From: Naegleria gruberi
Taxonomy: Eukaryota
Assembly (NCBI GenBank): GCA_000004985.1
Contig: GG738880.1
Length of the DNA: 64,000 nt
Reading direction: 5' to 3' (one strand)
The notes under the pieces were generated by a model, which saw nothing but the letters and a program-made list of their open reading frames with translations, searched no databases and had not been told where the DNA came from. Below are positions 1-9,302 of the stretch, piece by piece (positions within the stretch are counted from its first letter, which is position 1; each line of letters opens with the position of its first letter). The position numbers and the translations under genes are program-made.

Positions 1-183
1 GATAATGAAAGATATCACTGTGTTGAAAGATCACATGGTTCTTTCAGTAGAACTGTCTATTTACCACCAAATGCTGATTTTGATAAGGTCAAGGCAGCTT
101 TGGAACATGGTGTTTTGAGAGTTACTATTCCAAAAGTAGTTGAAGAACCAAAGAAAAAGACCAGATCAATTGATATTCAATAA
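1..183 (+). CDS. 3' end (partial) of a second small heat-shock protein (Hsp20/alpha-crystallin) gene copy
   Basis: nt 1-341 are 100% identical to 3165-3505. The translation ...DNERYHCVERSHGSFSRTVYLPPNADFDKVKAALEHGVLRVTIPKVVEEPKKKTRSIDIQ* equals the C-terminus of the intact sHSP at 2870..3337, with stop TAA at 181-183. The copy is cut off by the N gap at 342-391. Confidence 0.7.
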   Translation, partial: DNERYHCVERSHGSFSRTVYLPPNADFDKVKAALEHGVLRVTIPKVVEEPKKKTRSIDIQ

Positions 184-341
184 TTGTTACTATTTTGTAA
201 ATAAATTTTTTGTAAAAATACGACCAATAAATTCTTTAAATTAATCTCTTTATTGTAAATTACGTTTACTTGGACTAGTTGGTGGTCGAACATCAACATC
301 TTCGGCCAAGCTACTGCTTTGAAATAATCCAAATGATTTAC

Positions 342-391
342 NNNNNNNNNNNNNNNNNNNNNNNNNNNNNNNNNNNNNNNNNNNNNNNNNN
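342..391. other. assembly gap (run of 50 N)
   Basis: literal N characters; the sequence on either side is unrelated. Confidence 1.
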
Positions 392-394
392 TTA

Positions 395-1883
395 TTGACT
401 GAAAATTCAAAGGCTTGTGAGGTTTTCACCTCGTTGCGTTCTGACTGTAAGAGGAACCGAGTTGCTCATGATAACAGAGTTGTAAAGAGTGATCCAGCAA
501 GGATTATTGGTTCATCCATTGTGTTGCTCTGCAAGTATGTTGATGAGTATATCAATGTTGCTTATGGAACTTTAAAGTCTCTACCAGTGGCTGGGTGTGA
601 GACTGTTCAGGTTGAAATCAAAGATTGTCTCAAACATCAAAATCTATTCACCGATACCATTATGAATGCAGGATCAATTATCGATTATCCATGGTCGCTA
701 CTGTCCAAGGACAAGACAGAGGAAGGTATTAATATTAATAACCTATTATTAAGTAATCCCCCACCATCTAGAAGAAGTATTACTCCTGTAAACAATCTAT
801 TGGTGTTTAGTACCCCTAATGTAGATAGTACTGCTAATACTTCTCTTGGTTCTTCAGGTGTTGATTTGACTCCCTCTGTTGGTTTGGATAGTGCTCTTAA
901 TTCTTCCTCTTACTTCTTCCTCTGCTACTAGTGCTGCTATTGTTGATTTGAATAGTGTTGCTGAACTACCACCTCCTCCTACTCCTCCTCCTACTATTTC
1001 TGTTGATTTGAATAGTACTGGTGGTACTGTTAATCCTACCTCCTCTGCTGTTAGTGTTGTTGTTGCTACTCCTGTTGTTGGTTTGGGTAGTAGTACTCTT
1101 CCTACTGATTCTTTTGTTGGAAATTTGAACAGTAATACTACTATGGTTGAGTCTACTCCTTTCGTTAGAGGTAATGATAAATCAAACGAGTTGGGTGATC
1201 CTTCAACTACTATTGATGATGGTCCAATTGTTGTTGAAGAGCCTACTTCTTTGAGTAGTGCTCATTTGCATATTGTTACTGCTCTCTTTCAGGGTACTGA
1301 CATCTATGTGCCAACCTCCAGCAAGCCATACTGGGCATTCAGAGCAGTAGAAGCAAAACGATTAATTGATAACAATTTTGCATTAGCCCAACATAATGCC
1401 TACTTGGAAAAACAAGTTAAAGAAGATTCAATCTTTCAAGACAGTATTACCAAACTTGTGGAAGCAAAAAACGCTTCTAGAAAAAACACTTCACCAATAG
1501 TTACAACAGTTGATCTAATGTTTGATGGTATGACTAGAACTGTTTCCCATGAAGAATTCGAAAAGTTCAAAAATAGTAGCAAAATTAATGAAACAATTGA
1601 TCAAGTGATGCAATGGTTTGATTTGGTTGAGGATGATTTGAAATCCAAGAAGAAGGAATTTGATACCTTTCTATTACAGTACAAGGGATGTAAAATGGCA
1701 GATAGTACCATCAGAAATAGAGTTCCCTATGCTAGAAAGAGGGATGCTGCATTGGCATCTTCTTCCACAGGCACTTCCGAACCACCCAAAAAGGCCAGAA
1801 AAAAGTCACCAAACTCTGCCTCTAGTTCTTCTGATGATGGTGGTGATGCACATTCACCTGCAAGTAATGCTCCTCATCAATAG
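395..1883 (+). CDS. hypothetical protein, 5'-truncated by the gap; two overlapping ORFs (395..931 and 879..1883) that appear to be one gene with a frame change near 860-930
   Basis: The same short repeat motif (VDL[NT][SP] ... VGL[DG]S) appears at the end of ORF1 (GVDLTPSVGLDSALNSS) and at the start of ORF2 (VDLNSVAEL..., ISVDLNST..., VVGLGSST). The repeat array therefore continues across the frame break. The C-terminal half is non-repetitive and basic/Ser-rich. No family recognised. Confidence 0.4.
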
Positions 1884-2775
1884 AATCATCTCTTGGGTAC
1901 TCAGAGATCAACAATGGGTGTGATGGTGGCTGTTGTTGTTCAATTTTTTTTATGATTGATTCTCCCACTGAATTGATGGGAGATTTGTCATTAATCCATC
2001 ACCACACCAACAATCATCACGATGATAATAAACATTCAACTTTGTACCAAATTCAACAAGTGCACTTTGCTTTTTTATTATGAATTTCTACACAGTCTTA
2101 CTGTTAAGATCTTGGTCGCTCAAATTTGATGAAAAAACTTTGCAAAAAATTGATTTTTTCATCAATTTTTTTCATCAATTTCATTTTTTCCTTCATTTTT
2201 TCCATTGTTCAGTTTTTCACTCAGTCACGCTACTGAATGCCTCTACTGAAAAAATTAAAATCGCCATTCGGGTTTTTTCATACCAAATTTTAAAGCCATT
2301 TTCTGTTATGTTAAGAGGAAGAGCCATTTAGGTTGATATGAATGAGTGAGGAATTGATTTGGTGGATATGGATTGACTTGAAAATGGTTCTGTTTCGAAT
2401 AATAAACGAATTGAAAAAGAGTAAACTTTATTGAGTGAATGAGAAATATTAAATAGGCAAGGAATGAAGAATCCTTGATCATTTGAATCCTAACACTTGT
2501 TGGACAATTGCATGAATTGATATAGAAACTGATCCATAGTACAATTACCACCTTAATCAAATTAGTGACTCTAGTCTCTAGAATATTTGAATGGCTGGTT
2601 CAAGGCGATGCAATTCCAATGGAAGTTGCGTAAAAAGCACAATCGGAATCGAGATCACAACATGTTGGAAACCATTTTTGAATGCAAGCTAAATTTGTTT
2701 GTATTGTAAACGGAATTACAAAATTTTAATTTTAAAATTTCCAAAAAAGTTTCCTCGGAATTTGAGATACAGGAC

Positions 2776-2782
2776 TATAAAT
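2776..2782 (+). promoter_or_regulatory. TATA-like element (TATAAAT) about 90 nt upstream of the sHSP ATG
   Basis: caggacTATAAATtcaatcac at the expected distance upstream of the ATG at 2870. No convincing nGAAnnTTCn heat-shock element array was found. Confidence 0.3.
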
Positions 2783-2869
2783 TCAATCACAACACTCTAA
2801 TCCTTATTTTACACAACAAAAAAAACAAATAATACACAATCACTACTGCAAAACAAGCAACAACTGAAA

Positions 2870-3337
2870 ATGAGCTCCAACAATCATCACAATAATAAGC
2901 AATTGGCCAGACAACACAGAACCAATAATTGGGTTGATACTTTCTTTGATGATCCATTCTTGAGAGCATTTGATAGATTTGATGATAGATTAGTTCCTGA
3001 ATTTAAACCAACCACTGATGTTTCTGAAACTGCAAATGAAGTTAAAATTGTTTGTAATGTTCCTGGTATGACAAAGGATGATTTAAAGATTGATATTGAT
3101 GAAGAGCATAGAACCATGACTGTCAGTGGTCATGTTGAAAAGGAAAAGAAGGAAGATAATGAAAGATATCACTGTGTTGAAAGATCACATGGTTCTTTCA
3201 GTAGAACTGTCTATTTACCACCAAATGCTGATTTTGATAAGGTCAAGGCAGCTTTGGAACATGGTGTTTTGAGAGTTACTATTCCAAAAGTAGTTGAAGA
3301 ACCAAAGAAAAAGACCAGATCAATTGATATTCAATAA
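2870..3337 (+). CDS. small heat-shock protein, Hsp20/alpha-crystallin domain family (155 aa)
   Basis: Alpha-crystallin-domain features: ...FDDPFLRAFDRFDD..., EVKIVCNVPGMTKDDLKIDIDEEHRTMTVSGH, RSHGSFSRTVYLPPNADFDKVKAALEHGVLRVTIPK. Intact ORF with an upstream TATA-like element. Confidence 0.9.
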   Translation: MSSNNHHNNKQLARQHRTNNWVDTFFDDPFLRAFDRFDDRLVPEFKPTTDVSETANEVKIVCNVPGMTKDDLKIDIDEEHRTMTVSGHVEKEKKEDNERYHCVERSHGSFSRTVYLPPNADFDKVKAALEHGVLRVTIPKVVEEPKKKTRSIDIQ

Positions 3338-3403
3338 TTGTTACTATTTTGTAAATAAATTTTTTGTAAAAATACGACCAATAAATTCTTTAAATTAATC
3401 TCT

Positions 3404-5650
3404 TTATTGTAAATTACGTTTACTTGGACTAGTTGGTGGTCGAACATCAACATCTTCGGCCAAGCTACTGCTTTGAAATAATCCAAATGATTTACGAAGA
3501 GAAAAACCAGAACTTGACATTGAACGAGCAGTTCTTGTGTGAATTTGACTCGGTGAGTGAAGTGGATTCGAGTAGAAATCGTCAAAATTGCGTTTTGATT
3601 TGTTACCTGTTGGAGAGCAAACTCTGAAATGTTGAGGAAACTTTTCAAAGTAATCAGTCTCATTACACAACAAATCAAAAGTAGATGAGGGAGTGGTTGG
3701 TGGGTTTGTCGTGTTAGAATTCTTAGAAGGAGAAGCTGGTGTGGAGTGTGGAGAATTAGGTAAAGGATGCAGAGATACTAATCCAGTTGAAATTAAATTG
3801 AAAATAATCTTTTGGAACGTATCCTTCTCTCCTCTAACACCAAGAATGTGAATGGAGGAAGTGCTTGTAGAACTTTGGTTGGCAGAATCAAGAGATTGAA
3901 CAGGCATCTCTTTGGCTTCTTTTTTACAATGCTTAGCGAGTGCAAAAGCAGCATAGAAAATTGGAGGTCTATTCTTGGTATCGGCAGAATTCAAAACTTT
4001 GAGAGAGGTTGGTGTGTTTGGAATGAGGTTCTGAATTTGAATTATTGGAGTGTTAAATGAGGGAGATGAGGGCGGTGATTTAATTAGAATAGAATTGTAT
4101 GAATCTCCATTCCTTGGTTGTTTGATAGTGATTGGAATGGAAGTAGTGGTTGTGGCACATGAAATTGAAGTCAGAGGAGAAGGAGGAGAGGTAATCTTGT
4201 TTTGTTCTTTTTGAGGAATGGCATTTGAGCACATTAATATAATTGTTTCTACAACATTGATTGAACCTTGTTTGCATGCCAAGTGTAAAGGGGTGAGACC
4301 AGTATTGTCTTTCATCATTAATTGCTCCATATAAAATTCTGTATCAAACATGAGAGCAATCAATCTGAAAAAGTCTGCACAATCATGGACTGCAGCAATA
4401 TGAAGAGTGGTTCTCTTCATTGAGTCAATTGGGGCATGATTACTACCAGATGAGTTTTGAGATGAAATCTCTGCCATCAGCAAGTACATCAAGCATACTT
4501 GCTTTTCAGCTGGTGTTTTGGATACTGTTGATCGATATTCCTTGATGGCTAACATGAGTGGTGTCAAACCATTTTCTTCCTTTGCTTGAATAAGAACTTT
4601 TCCATGAGCACTCAATCTTAATTCCATATTGGAAGTGTCTCCAGTTAATATTGAACTAGTTTCTTGCTCTGGTGACATTGATGTACAGCACATATCTTGC
4701 AAACATTCTCTGTACATTAATTCATCCAAATCATGATCTGATTCATCAACTTCTTCTGTTTTTGACTTTTTCTTATTTCTCTCTTTGATTAATTCATTTC
4801 TTTCCAGGAGTAAAAGTTTCATTCCTTCAATATCATAGTTGGAAGCAGCTAAATGCAGTAAACTTCTGGAATTTGTCGACTTCTTCGTCCGTATTGAATT
4901 AGTTGGCAATATTCCCAACAAGAACCTCACAACCTCAAGTCTACCATTTTGCATTGCTAATAAGAGAGGAGTATTTCCAAAGATATCCCTACTATCCAAG
5001 CTCTCTTTTGCTTGGGAGAAGAGTAAATTGACAACTAAAACATTACCACTAGCAGCTGCATAATGGAATGGTGTGGCCAGAGAAGCATCTACACAATATT
5101 TGTCTACATCACTCCTCAGCAGTAGCTCCCTCGTAATGCAAATGTGTCCATAAGCACATGCCTTATGTAGAGCAGTTGCCCTCCTCTCATCTCTCACATT
5201 GATATCGAAAAAGTTGAAATCCTTGTTGTTGAAATCTTGTTCATGACTATTCCCAAGTTTTTTATCGAGAACATCTATTAATTGTTTGAATAATAGCAAA
5301 TCTCCATTAGTACACGAATATAAGAAGAGGTGTTTCCATTCATAACCACTCAATTCGGAATACTCATTCTCTTGTGGTTTTCTTGTTTTTTGTTTTTTAG
5401 GTTGCTGATTCTGGTTTGATGTTGTTGTTTCATCAGTGTTAGTATTAGTGGTGATTGAAGTAGTTATTATTGTTGAATTTGCTGTATTTGATGAAGTGGA
5501 AACGTCCACAGTTTCGTCTAGATTTGTTTCGTCTGATGAGGCATTGAATACATTATTTTCTTCATAAAGTAAAAGTGAAGGAGATGTATTAGACATTGTT
5601 ACCCCACTACTACTGAGTACTATTGTTGAAATGGACAAGTCTGACAACAT
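3404..5650 (-). CDS. ankyrin-repeat protein (748 aa) with Asn/Ser/Thr-rich low-complexity tails
   Basis: Several ANK-repeat signatures: ATALHKACAYGHICITRELL, TPFHYAAASGNVLVVNLLF, GNTPLLLAMQNGRLEVVRFLL, LTPLMLAIKEY, TTLHIAAVHDCADFFRLI, LTPLHLACKQGSINVVETII. Confidence 0.85.
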   Translation of the reverse strand: MLSDLSISTIVLSSSGVTMSNTSPSLLLYEENNVFNASSDETNLDETVDVSTSSNTANSTIITTSITTNTNTDETTTSNQNQQPKKQKTRKPQENEYSELSGYEWKHLFLYSCTNGDLLLFKQLIDVLDKKLGNSHEQDFNNKDFNFFDINVRDERRATALHKACAYGHICITRELLLRSDVDKYCVDASLATPFHYAAASGNVLVVNLLFSQAKESLDSRDIFGNTPLLLAMQNGRLEVVRFLLGILPTNSIRTKKSTNSRSLLHLAASNYDIEGMKLLLLERNELIKERNKKKSKTEEVDESDHDLDELMYRECLQDMCCTSMSPEQETSSILTGDTSNMELRLSAHGKVLIQAKEENGLTPLMLAIKEYRSTVSKTPAEKQVCLMYLLMAEISSQNSSGSNHAPIDSMKRTTLHIAAVHDCADFFRLIALMFDTEFYMEQLMMKDNTGLTPLHLACKQGSINVVETIILMCSNAIPQKEQNKITSPPSPLTSISCATTTTSIPITIKQPRNGDSYNSILIKSPPSSPSFNTPIIQIQNLIPNTPTSLKVLNSADTKNRPPIFYAAFALAKHCKKEAKEMPVQSLDSANQSSTSTSSIHILGVRGEKDTFQKIIFNLISTGLVSLHPLPNSPHSTPASPSKNSNTTNPPTTPSSTFDLLCNETDYFEKFPQHFRVCSPTGNKSKRNFDDFYSNPLHSPSQIHTRTARSMSSSGFSLRKSFGLFQSSSLAEDVDVRPPTSPSKRNLQ

Positions 5651-6454
5651 ATTGACTGAGACAATTGGCAGGCTTGTTTAATGTTTTATAAAACGGCAGC
5701 AGGGTGAATGCAATGTAATTTCTTTTTTGTTGGGCAAACGTTCTGTTTTGAGCAGAGCCGCCAACACGTAACATATTTTTGGCATAGACAAGTGACACAA
5801 AGCTTTTTAGAGAGATTGAGGTGCATTCCTTCCATGTTGATGCTGTGCCAACAATATTGGCGCCTTTTTAATTTACAGAGATGTCATTCAAAGAGGCCAC
5901 AACCCTTCACAAGATGAACAATTGTTTGGTGATTATCTCCTTCCAATAATATATTTTTACAAGTAAAATGACTTACTGTTTAAGACATTCGCATATTTTG
6001 CTAGATATCGACATGTTGATGTATTATTTAGAGTATTAAATGTTATAAATCTGGACTAATGTGTCAACATGCAAAAATTATGAAATGACTTAATTGTTGC
6101 CGGCAGGACGAAAACAGAACCAAAACAGAGCCATTGCCATAATTTCATGTTCATGGACCAATATGTTTCTAGATGGTTCGAGTTTAATAATTGATGTTAT
6201 TCTTAGCATTTGTTAACATTTTACAATTTTGTAACTTGATTCTAACAATGATTTGAATTTGTGTTTAAATCAACTAGCCATGTTCTCCAGTTCACTAGAA
6301 GTGATTAAGAATCTCTTATAGGAATAGTTTATTTTGAACATAATCTTTTAATAAACTAATGTTCAGATAACAGACCAATGAAAGTCATTGACTATGAACT
6401 GGTTATATTGTAAAAGTAATCCATTTTATTGTCTATTTTTCAACACCAAAAAAA

Positions 6455-8044
6455 ATGAACAATTCACTTCTCCAACCCATCTCAAGTGATATTTGGAAAC
6501 ATCAGATATTTCCCTATCATTGTTATGCTGATTATATTTCATTGAAGAGGACATGTAGATTTTTGTATAAATTAATTATGAACAGTTCCGATTCTAAAAG
6601 ATTGGAAGGGTTTTTAAAATTTTGTAGATTGATGCATCGGACTGATCATGATGAATATTTGTTCACTTATTTGGAGCCTATTAATGTGATGCCATTCTCT
6701 TGTAGAACTTCGAATACTCTTCCTGATTATTCTTCGCCAACAACTACTCCTACAACAAGAGTATTTCCTAATTTCTCAACTTATTATTTAAATTGGGAAG
6801 AATTTGAATATTTAATTGCTGTAATTCCTCATCATGAGCTGAGAAGGATATGGGATAAATTTATAGTTAGTCCTGTATTTAGAGGAAGATTGATAATATC
6901 TGAAGTTGACCGAGATGGGATTAGTGAAACAATTGTTAACAAAATATTGTTAAATGCTATTAAACAAGATCCTAGAAAGTTCAACTCAATCTCTAAATGG
7001 ATTTCATGTACTTTACCCAACTTGTTATGTCAAATATCAGACATGCAAGAGCTGATGTTTCAGTTGATTTTAGATGGCGCACCAATAGCATTGCTCTCTG
7101 ATCGACTCAGACACAACAAGGAATTTATAATAGAATTATTGAGGTACTGTAATATACCATTGAATGAATTGGAGGAACAATTTCAGTACGATGTTGATGT
7201 AGTTCTCCAATCAGTCTCCAATGATCCCAATAATTATACATTCTTATCCAATTCAATTAAATCAGAAAGATCAGTGACCATACAAATGATTAATAATGCA
7301 TACAAGATTAAGGACTTTACCAATTCCAATAAGACTTTTGTTAGAATATTCGAAAAATATATACCTATGGTATTTAGAAACGATAGGGAAATTATGGAAC
7401 TTTCACTCAGACAAGATTCCTCCATCATGCCTCTCGTATCGGATGCATTGAAGAATAATAAGGAATTTGTTGTGAATGCATTGAAAATTTCCACCACATG
7501 CTTTCCTCACATTTCCTTAGAATTAAGAAGTGATCCAGAAGTTTGTCTATTAGCACTGAGAAACTCAAATTCCAAAACCATGATCATGACACATATGAAT
7601 TGTCTTCTCCTCTACGACGAAGATTTTATGAGAGAAATAGTATCTATTGATGGCATGTTACTTTCATATGCACCAAGTGCAGAAATCATACAGAATCGAG
7701 ATGTTGTTTTAATTGCAGTAAAACAGAATGGATTCGCCCTCCAACATGCAGATAAATCATTGAGGAATGATGAGGAAATAGTGAGAGAGGCCATTATGCA
7801 GGACGGAGAAACAATCATGTTTGCTTCGGAAAGATTGCGAGACAATTTTGAACTAATGGCTGTAGCAGTAACTAAATCAAAAGTTGCCCTTCTCTATGCA
7901 AGTGAACGCCTCAAATCAGATGAAAATCTAGTTTCAATTTCAGTCTACAGTCACCCCAGTAGTTTAAAATTTGCCTCTGCACAGCTATTACAGAATAGCC
8001 AATTCATAGAGCATTTGATTAGAAATGGTGTGACTAACTATTGA
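6455..8044 (+). CDS. F-box-like N-terminus followed by tandem DUF4116-type repeats (529 aa)
   Basis: N-terminus DIWKHQIFPYHCYADYISLKRTCRFLYKLI is F-box-like. Then about eight ~35-aa repeats, for example DREIMELSLRQDSSIMPLVSDALKNNKEFVVNALK, DVVLIAVKQNGFALQHADKSLRNDEEIVREAIMQDGETIMFASERLRDNFELMAVAV and LLYASERLKSDENLVSISV. These fit the DUF4116 consensus (..a.kqng.aLqyAs.eLknDkefvl.Av..). Confidence 0.6.
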   Translation: MNNSLLQPISSDIWKHQIFPYHCYADYISLKRTCRFLYKLIMNSSDSKRLEGFLKFCRLMHRTDHDEYLFTYLEPINVMPFSCRTSNTLPDYSSPTTTPTTRVFPNFSTYYLNWEEFEYLIAVIPHHELRRIWDKFIVSPVFRGRLIISEVDRDGISETIVNKILLNAIKQDPRKFNSISKWISCTLPNLLCQISDMQELMFQLILDGAPIALLSDRLRHNKEFIIELLRYCNIPLNELEEQFQYDVDVVLQSVSNDPNNYTFLSNSIKSERSVTIQMINNAYKIKDFTNSNKTFVRIFEKYIPMVFRNDREIMELSLRQDSSIMPLVSDALKNNKEFVVNALKISTTCFPHISLELRSDPEVCLLALRNSNSKTMIMTHMNCLLLYDEDFMREIVSIDGMLLSYAPSAEIIQNRDVVLIAVKQNGFALQHADKSLRNDEEIVREAIMQDGETIMFASERLRDNFELMAVAVTKSKVALLYASERLKSDENLVSISVYSHPSSLKFASAQLLQNSQFIEHLIRNGVTNY

Positions 8045-9302
8045 GTGAGACTCACTAGGTATTGCGTTATAGAACTCTATTCATTGCACCAACAACAAAC
8101 ACAACAGTGTGGTTGCATTCTTAGGTTATCCTTCTAATGAGGCGGTGAGTATTCCTCTATCAACTACAGCGAACATCCATGAACAAACTACAGTACCCCT
8201 TAATTACTATTGTATTTCGCAAAAAGGAACGCTTTCAAAAAGTCCATCAATAACAGAGATTTTCCTTTTATTATAATAATACAATGCAGTACGGCAGAGA
8301 TGTTGTCTAAATCGGAGTCAATTTGTGTTTATGGTGTTTGTTGCTGCCAAATGCGTTTTGAGATCATGAAACCTCATTTCAGACAGTGGACGATTTAAGT
8401 GTAGCCACCAGGTAAACAACACTAAAGTTTCTCTTCATGGCAGGTAAGCTTGACCAATTGGTGTAATAGCCTTCGATTTTCAAATTTTTCACTAAGTTCC
8501 TCAATCAACACCAGTTAAAACCCTTATTCAAACCAGCGATGATAGTGCGGAACAATTACATCCATCTTCATTGCCATTTAGAAACGATTCGTGATTGGAT
8601 TGAAGAGAACGAAATGGACAGTAATCAGGTTACATTGCAATAATTTATTGTACGTCTTTGTAGTAACGATAACACATTGATAGATGATCTTATTATTCGG
8701 TGATGATTAATTTGAATGAATAATTGTTGTAACAGATAACAAGTGTTGTTTCCAGTTGCGAAGGTGCCGTGACTATGCCCAAAACAATTCGAATGGAAAG
8801 ATAAAGTTGAATTTTTGACCAAATTTTGGCATTTTATCCGCTCGCATCCTTTTTGATTTGGGATAATTCCACCACCATTCACTTAAGGTCAGAGCACAAA
8901 TGGGTTTATGTTATTAATAAGGCATCACCGAGGACATACTCACAACCTTCTCTCTTCACAACTGCATCTATTGCACTAATCTACAACCAGGTAACAACTA
9001 GGTAACAAACACTAAAAACACTAGTAAACTATGATGAACCACTTTAGAAAAAGGAAACACTACCAACAAAAAATCACAACTAGAAGCAGCCATCAATCTT
9101 TTCGCTACTATCACACTATTTGAAATACAATAGATCCAAATAACCAGGTTACCTCCATCCATTTTCTCAATACTCATTGGTTGTTGTTTGTCCTTACCCC
9201 TCTTTGTTTGAGAAAAAAGAAAATCACCAACACAACCTCCCACCCCTTTGAATGCTTCTTTAATGCATTTAACCACTAATTCATAACATTATCATCATCA
9301 TC

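Noticed and set aside
2560-2869. Heat-shock elements upstream of the Hsp20 gene
   Set aside because: Only partial GAA/TTC half-sites (cTAGAAtaTTTgaa, TTCctcgGAAttt) with wrong spacing were found. I could not support a canonical nGAAnnTTCnnGAAn array.
2887-3627. Short ORFs antisense to or overlapping real genes (for example 2887..3117 -, 3433..3627 +, 4839..5063 +, 7234..7497 -, 48196..49324 + series, 54466..55658 - series)
   Set aside because: Each is embedded in the opposite strand or an alternative frame of a long, homology-supported ORF, and encodes low-complexity or hydrophobic nonsense. They are by-products of AT-rich codon bias.
6170-6190. GGTTCGAGT (T-loop/B-box-like) motif at about 6177 and CCCGTTCGATCCC at about 22668
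   Set aside because: No flanking acceptor, D or anticodon stems can be formed. These are isolated chance matches, not tRNA genes.
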